From Streptococcus sp. (GTDB lineage: Bacteria; Bacillota; Bacilli; Lactobacillales; Streptococcaceae), in NCBI GenBank assembly GCA_030825825.1, contig JAPJPE010000002.1:1-33234 (forward strand): a stretch of DNA of 33,234 bases, written 5' to 3'. The position numbers and the translations under genes are program-made. Position 1 is the first letter of the stretch. Each line of letters begins with the position of its first letter. Positions 20,031 through 28,865 of the stretch are shown piece after piece. The notes under the pieces are model-generated. The model did no database searches. It was given only the letters and a program-made list of their open reading frames with translations, and was not told the DNA's origin.

Positions 20031-21488
20031 ATGGTCAAAATGGTATTAGGATCATCGGATGCACAAGGACAGACCATGTCTTCCGTTGGAAAAGCTAGGG
20101 TAACTGCCTATAATTCAGCGGTTAAAGCCCTCTCTAACTTCAATGGAGCGGGTGACTTGCAAGGGAGTGCCTATGATTCAGGGAAAAAATATGGAGTGAG
20201 TGTGATTACGCCACTGATTAAAGGGGCAATCATGTATTCTGAGTACCTCAGTGAAGCCGTACCCAAACTCCCCTCAAAATATCGGTCAGAAGTTGGGGGA
20301 GAAGATCTGGATTCAGCCGTACTTGAAAGTGAAATCCAAAGCCTTGAAAGTAGTATTAGTAGTCTCAGAGGTACTTTTCGTGCTATGGAAAGTAGTGATC
20401 ATGCGGATAAGAGTCTCCTGCAAAATATATCTTCTCGCATGGATAGTTTAACATCTCAAAAAAATGAGAAGATGGAAAAACTTCGCAAGTTGAATCTATT
20501 TGCAGGGAGTTCCAATGAAGTATTCTCAGGAGAAGGTGCTAAGAGCATGGACACTGTGGTGAAAAACTTGGCTTCCGGATTGAATATGATACAGGGAGAT
20601 TTTGCGAGCTTCGGTGGGACATTCCCCAAACATTCTGGAAAAACGTTAAACTGGGCTAAGAGTATCGAAGGCGAATGGGATAAGAAAGCCAAGATTGATG
20701 AAGATTATCAGAAGGTTCTTGAAAAGGCAAATAAAGGTAAGGAACTATCTGATGATGATGTGAAGAAGATCAATGCATACAAGAGTCGATATTCTAATAG
20801 AGAATTACCGGAAAATATTCAACAGAAATTAAATGCATATAATGACAAAAAGAAACAAGAAATTAAGAGAAATAAGAAAATTGAAGAGACTGCAAAAAAT
20901 GCACCTCGTGATGTTTCTACAGCAGTAGCAATAGAAAAAATAAGTAGTGATACCGAAGATAAGATTATTAATGCTGGTGCTAAAAAAGCTGCCCAGAAAA
21001 GTGCTGAAATATATGCGAATAGATATAACATTACCATGAGTAATGGAAAAAATATGGGAAGAACACCAGGGGCTACTAAAGCTGCCATGGAAGCAACGGA
21101 AAATTCTATTGAAGGAACAAGTCGAGCTATAGGAAAAAGTGTTAGTACAGGACTTGGTCTAGTAGCAGGCGTTGGTATTGATATGCTTTTTGGAGATTCA
21201 GCTGATGAGGCTTGGGGAAAAGAAATTACCAATACTGCAGCGACTGCGGGGACTCTTGCTTTAATTGAAGGAGGAAGTGCTGCATTGGCCACTGCAGGTA
21301 TAATATCTAATCCAATTGGTTTAGGATTTGGTGCAACAGTTGCTATTGGGATTGGTATATCATATGCAAATGAATGGGCTAGAGAAGCTTTTCCAGAGGT
21401 GAAAAAATTTGAGGATAATGTCGGCAAAGCTGTTGTTTCTGGCTGGAATAATGTTGTGAACGGGGTTAAAGGTTTATTTTCATGGTAG
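20031..21488 (+). CDS. LXG-family T7SS polymorphic toxin with hydrophobic glycine-zipper C-terminus (predicted membrane-damaging)
   Basis: N-terminal helical domain with GDLQGSAYDSGKKY (LxG) and EVGGEDLDS; C-terminal GLGLVAGVG and G-LGF-G-ATV-A-IGI-G; RBS AGGAG; follows two partner genes. Confidence 0.85.
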   Translation: MVKMVLGSSDAQGQTMSSVGKARVTAYNSAVKALSNFNGAGDLQGSAYDSGKKYGVSVITPLIKGAIMYSEYLSEAVPKLPSKYRSEVGGEDLDSAVLESEIQSLESSISSLRGTFRAMESSDHADKSLLQNISSRMDSLTSQKNEKMEKLRKLNLFAGSSNEVFSGEGAKSMDTVVKNLASGLNMIQGDFASFGGTFPKHSGKTLNWAKSIEGEWDKKAKIDEDYQKVLEKANKGKELSDDDVKKINAYKSRYSNRELPENIQQKLNAYNDKKKQEIKRNKKIEETAKNAPRDVSTAVAIEKISSDTEDKIINAGAKKAAQKSAEIYANRYNITMSNGKNMGRTPGATKAAMEATENSIEGTSRAIGKSVSTGLGLVAGVGIDMLFGDSADEAWGKEITNTAATAGTLALIEGGSAALATAGIISNPIGLGFGATVAIGIGISYANEWAREAFPEVKKFEDNVGKAVVSGWNNVVNGVKGLFSW

Positions 21489-21988
21489 ATAAAAAAAATA
21501 TTAAGGGACGTGTTTTTAATATAACTTTAAATGATAAGACTATCCAAAAAGGTTGGTACCTTATTGTGACAGATACGGGTCAGGAATATCTTGTACAAAG
21601 AAATTGTAGTTTATCAATTAAGAGGTCTTTTAACATTTATCAAACGAAATATCAATTTATCAGACATACTATGGAACCAAGACAAAACAGAGTTAAGAAT
21701 TATTCTACTATTGGAATTGTTGTTCTCTTATCTGCAGTTACTCGTATGATTATTCCGATTGAGTTTTGGTTTGGACCTACAAATACAGGAATGAATTTAT
21801 ATCAAGGCAGTCTAAATTTATTGATTCTTATTTTAACAGTGTTCATTTCATTTTTATACGTATTTGTATATAGAAAATTGAAATTAAAATTTTACCTAGA
21901 AAAAAGAAAATCATTTCTTAAGCGCATTGGAAGAGTTAGAGCGCTGACACCATTAAAAACGACAAAAGAAGGGAATAGTTTTTGGTAA
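21482..21988 (+). CDS. Candidate membrane immunity protein, part 1 (2 TM; DUF443-like layout)
   Basis: Overlaps the toxin stop by 7 nt; very AT-rich; soluble N-terminus (WYLIVTDTGQEYLV) followed by two hydrophobic helices. Confidence 0.7.
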   Translation: MVDKKNIKGRVFNITLNDKTIQKGWYLIVTDTGQEYLVQRNCSLSIKRSFNIYQTKYQFIRHTMEPRQNRVKNYSTIGIVVLLSAVTRMIIPIEFWFGPTNTGMNLYQGSLNLLILILTVFISFLYVFVYRKLKLKFYLEKRKSFLKRIGRVRALTPLKTTKEGNSFW

Positions 21989-22197
21989 TGTTGAAACAAT
22001 TTTTTATAAAAAGTGTAGCCTATGTTTTTTTATTTCTTATTTTTGTCTTACCAATATTTTTATTTGCCTATTTTGTTCAGTTTAGACTATTTTTAATGTT
22101 ACCTATAGCACTTTATATTTTTCTATTTTATAATGGAATTGTTATTGATGAACATGATCAGGTTGTAGAAGTAGAGATTGAGGAGAGTAATAGTTAG
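21982..22197 (+). CDS. Candidate membrane immunity protein, part 2 (2 TM plus acidic tail), or frameshifted C-terminus of the previous gene
   Basis: 71 aa, highly hydrophobic; -1 frame relative to the previous ORF; TTG 21982 or ATG 21988 (TAATG overlap) start. Confidence 0.6.
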   Translation: MVMLKQFFIKSVAYVFLFLIFVLPIFLFAYFVQFRLFLMLPIALYIFLFYNGIVIDEHDQVVEVEIEESNS

Positions 22198-22236
22198 ATT
22201 TGTATAATTTTTTTCAATATATAAAGGAGAGAATTG

Positions 22237-22572
22237 ATGAAAAAAAATAAATTATTGACGTTAGGGAGTGTGGTATATCTAGAAGGTGGAACAATACCTG
22301 TAATGATAGTACTTCGACATCCAATTTTCAATATTAAAGAGAAAATGTGTTACTTTGATTATGCAGCGGTTAACCAGCTTACTGGACTTGAGCCAGATAA
22401 AATAACGTACTTTAACCATGAGGATATAAGTGAGGTAGTCTTTGAAGGATATGTTAGTGAAAATGAGAAACGAATCCAAAAGGGATTAGCAGAATGGATT
22501 AAAGAACATCCGGAAATTCCCAAAGGAGACGTTGATCAAATTAATTTAGTTTTATATGATGATCAGTCGTAA
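22237..22572 (+). CDS. DUF4176 family protein (T7SSb-associated)
   Basis: LLTLGSVVYLEGG..YFDY..YFNHEDISEVVFEGY signature; RBS AAAGGAG 7 nt before ATG 22237. Confidence 0.88.
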   Translation: MKKNKLLTLGSVVYLEGGTIPVMIVLRHPIFNIKEKMCYFDYAAVNQLTGLEPDKITYFNHEDISEVVFEGYVSENEKRIQKGLAEWIKEHPEIPKGDVDQINLVLYDDQS

Positions 22573-22663
22573 CTAATATTGCTGGTTTGATTTATCTAAA
22601 AATTTCTCAGCGCTTGAGAGTTTGCATATTCCTCTAAGGAAATTTACTAAGAAGTTTTTATTT

Positions 22664-22737
22664 GGCTCTTTGTCAACTGTAGTGGGTTGATAAAAAGTTA
22701 CAACCTGGAGAGGACCAAATTGGTTCTCTCTTTTTCA
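22664..22737 (-). mobile_element. ISL3-family (IS1167/IS1193-like) right-end remnant
   Basis: GGCTCTTTGTCAACTGTAGTGGGT terminal repeat recognised from streptococcal ISL3 elements; the minus strand encodes the transposase-like tail KERTNLVLSRL-stop; no other transposase sequence. Confidence 0.75.
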
Positions 22738-22768
22738 TTCCCTCATCTCTCTCCACTTAGTAACGAAC

Positions 22769-22797
22769 TTGCTCTTCAAACTAAATTTCGGTATGAT
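22769..22797 (+). promoter_or_regulatory. Putative promoter for the lipoprotein and DUF3592-like pair
   Basis: TTGCTC, 17 bp, TATGAT. Confidence 0.45.
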
Positions 22798-22850
22798 AGT
22801 AAAAACTGTTTTTTACATCCAACTCAATCATAAAAGAAGGAAAATGATCC

Positions 22851-23405
22851 ATGAAAAAGATGATGGTATTGCTGGCGAGTGTGCTTGTATTAACAGCCTG
22901 CGCTCAGCCGAAAAAAGAGGCGAAAGAGGTAACTACAAACAAAACGGAGCAAACTACAAAGGCTTCCTCGTCTGCTAAAGAGGAACAGGCCTTAAAATTT
23001 GTAGTAGCGCCTCAGTATGAAGGAAAAACATCTGATTTGATCGAACTGGGTAAGAGGTTAGTAAAAGAGCATCCAGAGGCAGGTAAGCAAGGTGAGATCA
23101 CTGTGTATTATACAGGGAACACCTATACTTTGAACCAACAAGAATATGTTGTATTTATGTTGGTCAACAAAACGACAACGAATATTGATCGTGATGCGAC
23201 CTTTCAAATTAGCTGGAGTTATGATGGCCACTCGATTTATCAAGATCAAGTGGTCCAGTATAGTCTATCGAACAACCCTAAGTTACCAACCCAATCAGCG
23301 ACTCTCTTGTTGCTTCCTTTGACAAGTGAACAAAGCTCGATCGTAGAGAAGATATCAGATGAAACGAAGATGAGTCTGAGTATCACAGATATCATGATGA
23401 AGTAG
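22851..23405 (+). CDS. Lipoprotein of unknown function
   Basis: MKKMMVLLASVLVLTAC with lipobox LTA-C, low-complexity linker, beta-rich C-terminal domain. Confidence 0.85.
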   Translation: MKKMMVLLASVLVLTACAQPKKEAKEVTTNKTEQTTKASSSAKEEQALKFVVAPQYEGKTSDLIELGKRLVKEHPEAGKQGEITVYYTGNTYTLNQQEYVVFMLVNKTTTNIDRDATFQISWSYDGHSIYQDQVVQYSLSNNPKLPTQSATLLLLPLTSEQSSIVEKISDETKMSLSITDIMMK

Positions 23406-23408
23406 GTG

Positions 23409-23953
23409 ATGAGTATGCCCGATATCAGAATACTTCTAGTCATTGCTGTGGCTGTTATTGGATTTCCTTTGTTTCCGTACTCTTTTTTGGACATTTTTAT
23501 AGAAGAGAAGTTAGGATTAAGACCCTCTCGTCAAAGAGCGTTGAGGGAGTGGTAGTTGGCTATAAGAGGATACAGATTGTAGTGGCTCCTATTGTAGAAT
23601 ATAGAGTGGATAGTCAGACCTAGCGTAATAGCCTGAAATATTATCGGGTAGTGCGGGTAACCCTCCCTTGGAAAACGAATCAAGCGGCTAGTGACATTGA
23701 TTTGATGGCGCAAAGGATAACTATCTACACCAATTCTACAGTCTCAAAGGGCAATCTTTTTCAAGATGCTTTTCCACTGGGATCGAGCATGACGGTTTGG
23801 TATAATCCAGCCTGTCCAAAAGAATCATACGTTGAACGCTATAGTGGGCTAGATAAATCTTATAAGAGGGAAATGTGGATTGGAATCTGGATGTTAATTT
23901 TATTTCCTATTTTAGCAGTTGTAGCCATCATCATGGGGATGAAGTATAAATGA
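23409..23953 (+). pseudogene. DUF3592-like two-TM membrane protein, disrupted by a frameshift and a nonsense codon
   Basis: Hydrophobic N-terminus from ATG 23409; 1-nt loss near 23472-23474; continues in the 23651 frame as VEGVVVGY..PIVEYRVDSQT[TAG 23621-23623]RNSLKY..TVWYNPACP plus a C-terminal TM. Confidence 0.75.
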
Positions 23954-23990
23954 TGGATCAGCCCTAACTGAATATATGAAACATGAAAAG

Positions 23991-24018
23991 AAATCACCGT
24001 CCTATCGGTGATTTTTTT
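23991..24018 (+). terminator. Terminator closing the accessory region
   Basis: AAATCACCG-tcctat-CGGTGATTT stem followed by TTTT. Confidence 0.85.
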
Positions 24019-24051
24019 GTCTTCACTTCCCCCTCGAATTAATCCTTAAAT

Positions 24052-24062
24052 TGTGATAAAAT
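24052..24062 (+). promoter_or_regulatory. Extended -10 promoter for polC
   Basis: TGTG-A-TAAAAT about 90 nt upstream of the ATG. Confidence 0.65.
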
Positions 24063-24153
24063 AAGGGTTACGAATGTTTTTGAATGGTCTGTTTTTGCTT
24101 AGAAAGTAGGCCACTCAAAAGCGAGCAAAAGAATCAAGATCAAGGGAGAAACA

Positions 24154-27100
24154 ATGTCCAACACCTTTGAAATTTTAATGGATCAGCTGGATATGCCGCT
24201 GGTGATGCGATCTTCCAGTGCCTTTTTGCATGCGGAGATTCAAGAAGTCGTGGTGCATAAGGTTAGTCGGGTATGGGAGTTCCGCTTTGCCTTTGCGGAA
24301 GTCTTGCCGATTGCTTTGTTTAAGGAATTGCGCCAGCGCTTGAAGGAAGAATTTTCAAAGACGGGAAACCAGGCAACCTTTAGTATTCAAGTGGCCAATC
24401 AGGATTTTTCTGCTGATTTGTTGCAGGCCTACTATCGGGAGGTCTTTGAGGAAGGCCCTTGCGCTAGTCAAGGCTTTAAGGGGCTGTACCAAGACTTGCA
24501 GGTGCGCGCGGAAGGGCAGGAATTGATCATCTCAGGGCCTTCTTCGGTCGATACAGAGCATTTCCGTAAGAACCATTTGCCCAATCTTGCCAAGCAGTTG
24601 GAAGCCTTTGGTTTTCCGCATTTCACCTGTCGGGTGGAGTCTGATGATGCGCTGACAGAGCAAGAAGTGGCGCGTTTTGAGCAGGAAAATGAAAAGATCT
24701 TCCAAGTAGCCAATGAAGAGACCTTGCGAGCTATGGAATCCTTGGCCCAGATGGCTCCGCCACCTGCGATTGAAGAAAAGCCGGCCTTTGATTTCAAAGC
24801 TAAGAAGGCTGCGGCTAAACCTAAGCTAGACAAGGCCGAGATCACTCCGATGATCGAGATCACAACGGAAGAGAACCGGATTGTCTTTGAGGGTGTGGTA
24901 TTTGACGTGGAGCACAAGGTAACACGGACCGGTCGGGTCTTGATCAGCTTTAAGATGACCGACTATACTTCTAGTTTTTCCCTTCAGAAATGGGTCAAAA
25001 ATGAGGAAGAAGCCCAGAAGTTTGACATGATCAAGAAGAACAGCTGGCTACGGGTGCGGGGAAATATCGAAATGAACAATTTCACGCGCGATTTGACCAT
25101 GAATGTCCAAGACATCCAGGAAGTCGTCCATTATGCCCGCAAGGACCTGATGCCAGAGGGCGAGCGCCGGGTAGAATTTCACGCGCATACCAATATGTCG
25201 ACTATGGATGCCCTGCCGGAAGTCGAAGAGCTGATCGCCAAGGCAGCTGAGTGGGGGCATAAGGCGGTGGCTATCACTGACCATGGCAATGTGCAGAGTT
25301 TCCCGCATGGCTTTAAAGCAGCCAAGAAGGCTGGGATCCAGCTGATCTATGGGATGGAAGCCAATATCGTAGAAGATAAGGTGCCCATCACCTATAACGA
25401 GGTGGATCTGGACCTCAATGAAGCGACTTATGTGGTCTTTGACGTGGAAACGACAGGACTGTCAGCCATCTACAATGACTTGATTCAGGTCGCTGCTTCT
25501 AAGATGTACAAGGGCAATGTCATTGAGGAATTTGACGAATTTATCGATCCGGGCCATCCTCTGTCCGCCTTTACGACCCAATTGACAGGGATCACCAACG
25601 AGCATGTTCGGGGGGCTAAGCCCTTGGTACAGGTCTTGAAGGAGTTTCAGGCCTTCTGTGAGGGAACGGTTCTCGTTGCCCACAATGCCACCTTTGACGT
25701 GGGCTTCATGAATGCCAACTATGAGCGTCATGGTCTTCCCAAGATCACTCAACCGGTCATCGATACCCTGGAATTCGCCCGCAACCTCTATCCAGATTTT
25801 AAACGGCATGGTTTGGGGCCATTGACCAAGCGCTTTGGGGTAGGCTTGGAGCATCACCACATGGCCAACTACGATGCGGAAGCGACGGGGCGCCTGCTCT
25901 TTATCTTCATCAAAGATGTCGCTGAAAAGCACGGGGTGACCAATCTCAAGGATCTGAATATCGATTTGATCGATGAAAATTCTTATAAGAAGGCTCGAGT
26001 CAAGCATGCGACTCTTTATGTCAAGAATCAGACCGGCCTTAAGAACATGTTTAAACTGGTCTCACTTTCTGGGACCAAGTATTTCGAAGGAGTCCCTCGG
26101 ATTCCCAAGACTGTGCTGGACGCCCACCGCGAGGGCTTGATCCTCGGATCGGCCTGCTCAGAAGGGGAAGTCTTTGATGCGGTCATGTCGCAAGGTGTGG
26201 ATGCGGCAGTCGAAGTGGCTAAGTACTACGACTTTATCGAGGTTATGCCACCGGCTATCTATGCGCCCCTCATTGCCAAGGAGCAGGTCAAGGACATGGA
26301 CGAGCTCCAGACCATTATCAAGAGCTTGATCGAAGTGGGGGATCGTCTCGGCAAGCCCGTTCTTGCGACAGGAAATGTCCACTATCTGGAGCCGGAAGAT
26401 GAGATCTATCGGGAGATCATTGTCCGTAGTCTCGGTCAAGGGGCCATGATCAACCGGACCATTGGGCACGGAGAAGATGCCCAGCCAGCGCCTCTGCCAA
26501 AAGCGCATTTCAGAACTACCAATGAAATGCTGGACGAATTTGCCTTTTTGGGAGAAGACTTGGCGCGCAAGATTGTTATTGAAAACACCAATGCACTCGC
26601 AGAGACCTTTGAGCCGGTCGAAGTGGTCAAGGGGGACCTCTATACGCCATTTATCGACAAGGCCGAAGAAACGGTTGCGGAATTGACCTATAAGCGGGCC
26701 TTTGAGATCTATGGTAATCCGCTCCCTGATATTGTCGATCTGCGGATTGAAAAGGAATTAACCTCTATCTTGGGGAATGGCTTTGCCGTGATTTATCTGG
26801 CTTCACAGATGCTGGTGCACCGTTCCAATGAGCGGGGCTACCTGGTTGGATCGCGTGGATCCGTCGGATCCAGCTTTGTCGCGACCATGATCGGGATCAC
26901 CGAGGTCAATCCACTTTCGCCTCACTATGTTTGTAGCCAGTGCCAGTACAGTGAATTCATCACCGACGGTTCTTATGGATCTGGTTTTGATATGCCGGAC
27001 AAGGATTGTCTAAACTGTGGCCATAAGCTCAGCAAAAATGGACAAGATATTCCTTTTGAAACCTTCCTTGGTTTCGATGGGGACAAGGTACCCGATATCG

Positions 27101-28548
27101 ATTTGAACTTCTCTGGGGAAGACCAGCCGAGTGCCCACTTAGATGTCCGGGATATCTTTGGGGAAGAATATGCCTTCCGGGCAGGAACGGTAGGTACGGT
27201 CGCAGCTAAGACCGCCTATGGTTTTGTCAAGGGCTATGAGCGGGATTTTGGCAAGTACTACCGAGATGCCGAGGTCGAACGCTTAGCTCTTGGTGCAGCT
27301 GGGGTCAAACGGACGACCGGTCAGCACCCGGGGGGAATCGTTGTTATTCCAAACTATATGGATGTCTATGACTTTACTCCGGTCCAGTATCCGGCAGATG
27401 ATGTGACCGCTGAATGGCAGACCACTCACTTTAACTTCCACGATATCGATGAAAACGTCCTCAAACTCGATGTCCTGGGACATGATGATCCGACCATGAT
27501 TCGGAAGCTCCAGGACTTGTCAGGTATTGATCCAAATGATATCCCTATGGATGATCCAGGGGTCATGGCCCTCTTTTCTGGGACAGAAGTGCTAGGGGTA
27601 ACAGCCGAGCAGATTGGAACACCGACAGGGATGTTGGGGATTCCAGAGTTTGGGACCAACTTTGTTCGGGGCATGGTCGAAGAGACTCATCCGACGACCT
27701 TCGCAGAGTTACTTCAGCTCTCTGGTCTTTCTCACGGTACCGACGTGTGGTTGGGAAATGCCCAAGACTTGATCAAGGCGGGCATTGCCGATCTATCGAC
27801 CGTTATCGGGTGTCGGGACGACATCATGGTGTACCTCATGCACGCGGGTCTCAAGCCTAAGATGGCCTTTACCATCATGGAGCGCGTGAGGAAAGGGATG
27901 TGGCTCAAGATCTCAGAAGAAGAGCGCAATGGCTACATCCAAGCCATGAAGGAAAACAATGTCCCTGAATGGTACATCGAGTCCTGTGGAAAAATCAAGT
28001 ACATGTTCCCGAAAGCCCATGCGGCGGCCTATGTTATGATGGCCCTTCGTGTAGCCTACTTTAAGGTACATCATCCACTTTATTACTACTGTGCTTACTT
28101 CTCGATTCGGGCCAAGGCTTTTGACATCAAAACCATGGGTGCAGGCCTTGAGGCCGTGAAAGCGCGGATGAAAGAAATCGCTGAAAAACGCAAGAACAAC
28201 GAAGCTTCTAATGTAGAGATCGATCTCTACACCACCCTTGAGATTGTCAATGAAATGTGGGAGCGGGGCTTCAAGTTTGGCAAGCTAGACCTCTATCGCA
28301 GTCAGGCGACAGAATTCTTGATTGATGGGGATACCCTGATTCCGCCATTTGTCGCTATGGATGGTCTGGGAGAGAACGTTGCCAAGCAAATCGTGCGGGC
28401 GCGTGAAGAAGGAGAATTCCTCTCTAAGACCGAGCTCCGGAAGCGCGGCGGTGTTTCGTCCACCCTGGTTGAAAAGATGGATGAGATGGGCATTCTTGGC
28501 AATATGCCAGAGGATAACCAGTTGAGCCTCTTTGATGATTTGTTCTAG
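24154..28548 (+). CDS. polC: DNA polymerase III PolC-type alpha subunit
   Basis: OB fold, PHP domain ([16 protein letters not shown]), exonuclease ([15 protein letters not shown]), GSRGSVGSS, Zn finger, [10 protein letters not shown]-terminal QLSLF clamp-binding motif. Confidence 0.99.
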   Translation: MSNTFEILMDQLDMPLVMRSSSAFLHAEIQEVVVHKVSRVWEFRFAFAEVLPIALFKELRQRLKEEFSKTGNQATFSIQVANQDFSADLLQAYYREVFEEGPCASQGFKGLYQDLQVRAEGQELIISGPSSVDTEHFRKNHLPNLAKQLEAFGFPHFTCRVESDDALTEQEVARFEQENEKIFQVANEETLRAMESLAQMAPPPAIEEKPAFDFKAKKAAAKPKLDKAEITPMIEITTEENRIVFEGVVFDVEHKVTRTGRVLISFKMTDYTSSFSLQKWVKNEEEAQKFDMIKKNSWLRVRGNIEMNNFTRDLTMNVQDIQEVVHYARKDLMPEGERRVEFHAHTNMSTMDALPEVEELIAKAAEWGHKAVAITDHGNVQSFPHGFKAAKKAGIQLIYGMEANIVEDKVPITYNEVDLDLNEATYVVFDVETTGLSAIYNDLIQVAASKMYKGNVIEEFDEFIDPGHPLSAFTTQLTGITNEHVRGAKPLVQVLKEFQAFCEGTVLVAHNATFDVGFMNANYERHGLPKITQPVIDTLEFARNLYPDFKRHGLGPLTKRFGVGLEHHHMANYDAEATGRLLFIFIKDVAEKHGVTNLKDLNIDLIDENSYKKARVKHATLYVKNQTGLKNMFKLVSLSGTKYFEGVPRIPKTVLDAHREGLILGSACSEGEVFDAVMSQGVDAAVEVAKYYDFIEVMPPAIYAPLIAKEQVKDMDELQTIIKSLIEVGDRLGKPVLATGNVHYLEPEDEIYREIIVRSLGQGAMINRTIGHGEDAQPAPLPKAHFRTTNEMLDEFAFLGEDLARKIVIENTNALAETFEPVEVVKGDLYTPFIDKAEETVAELTYKRAFEIYGNPLPDIVDLRIEKELTSILGNGFAVIYLASQMLVHRSNERGYLVGSRGSVGSSFVATMIGITEVNPLSPHYVCSQCQYSEFITDGSYGSGFDMPDKDCLNCGHKLSKNGQDIPFETFLGFDGDKVPDIDLNFSGEDQPSAHLDVRDIFGEEYAFRAGTVGTVAAKTAYGFVKGYERDFGKYYRDAEVERLALGAAGVKRTTGQHPGGIVVIPNYMDVYDFTPVQYPADDVTAEWQTTHFNFHDIDENVLKLDVLGHDDPTMIRKLQDLSGIDPNDIPMDDPGVMALFSGTEVLGVTAEQIGTPTGMLGIPEFGTNFVRGMVEETHPTTFAELLQLSGLSHGTDVWLGNAQDLIKAGIADLSTVIGCRDDIMVYLMHAGLKPKMAFTIMERVRKGMWLKISEEERNGYIQAMKENNVPEWYIESCGKIKYMFPKAHAAAYVMMALRVAYFKVHHPLYYYCAYFSIRAKAFDIKTMGAGLEAVKARMKEIAEKRKNNEASNVEIDLYTTLEIVNEMWERGFKFGKLDLYRSQATEFLIDGDTLIPPFVAMDGLGENVAKQIVRAREEGEFLSKTELRKRGGVSSTLVEKMDEMGILGNMPEDNQLSLFDDLF

Positions 28549-28565
28549 AAACAAAGGAGGAGAAC

Positions 28566-28715
28566 ATGAAGGTAGAAATTTTTGCAGAAGACAAACCAGC
28601 TGAAAAAGTCTTTGAGTACAAGCTAGAAGTGGCAGACAATGTGCTGCTCCTTTCCACCGCGATGATCTCAGGAGCGATTGCTCTAGCCGGCTTATTTTCA
28701 GCCTTGAAAGATTAA
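28566..28715 (+). CDS. 49-aa small membrane protein downstream of polC
   Basis: RBS AAGGAGG; MKVEIFAEDKPAEKVFEYKLEVADNVLLLSTAMISGAIALAGLFSALKD with a C-terminal hydrophobic helix; lies before the terminator; too short for the ORF track. Confidence 0.8.
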   Translation: MKVEIFAEDKPAEKVFEYKLEVADNVLLLSTAMISGAIALAGLFSALKD

Positions 28716-28722
28716 CTGACAG

Positions 28723-28754
28723 CCTCTATTTTCCTTTTGAAAATAGAGGTTTTT
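28723..28754 (+). terminator. polC operon terminator
   Basis: CCTCTATTTTC-ctttt-GAAAATAGAGG followed by TTTTT. Confidence 0.85.
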
Positions 28755-28796
28755 CAGTCCTTTCAGATCTGATAAGTGTTTTCTTTGGCACTGGAT

Positions 28797-28831
28797 TGTG
28801 TTACAATTTTTAGTGACAAGTGTTTGTAACA
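28797..28831 (+). promoter_or_regulatory. Extended -10 promoter of the AAA ATPase gene, overlapped by three (T/A)GTNACA motifs
   Basis: TGTG-T-TACAAT (28797-28807); TGTTACA 28799, AGTGACA 28812, TGTAACA 28825; outer copies form an inverted repeat TGTTACAA-N17-TTGTAACA. Confidence 0.55.
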
Positions 28832-28865
28832 AGGAAACAGAAAAAATGAAACAGAGGAAAAGCGC

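Noticed and set aside
22769..22978. 69-aa ORF overlapping the lipoprotein start
   Set aside because: Begins on the predicted -35 element, has no RBS and overlaps a gene with a clear lipobox
8372..24050. Prophage or ICE explanation for the T7SS island
   Set aside because: No integrase, relaxase, phage structural genes, tRNA target or flanking direct repeats seen
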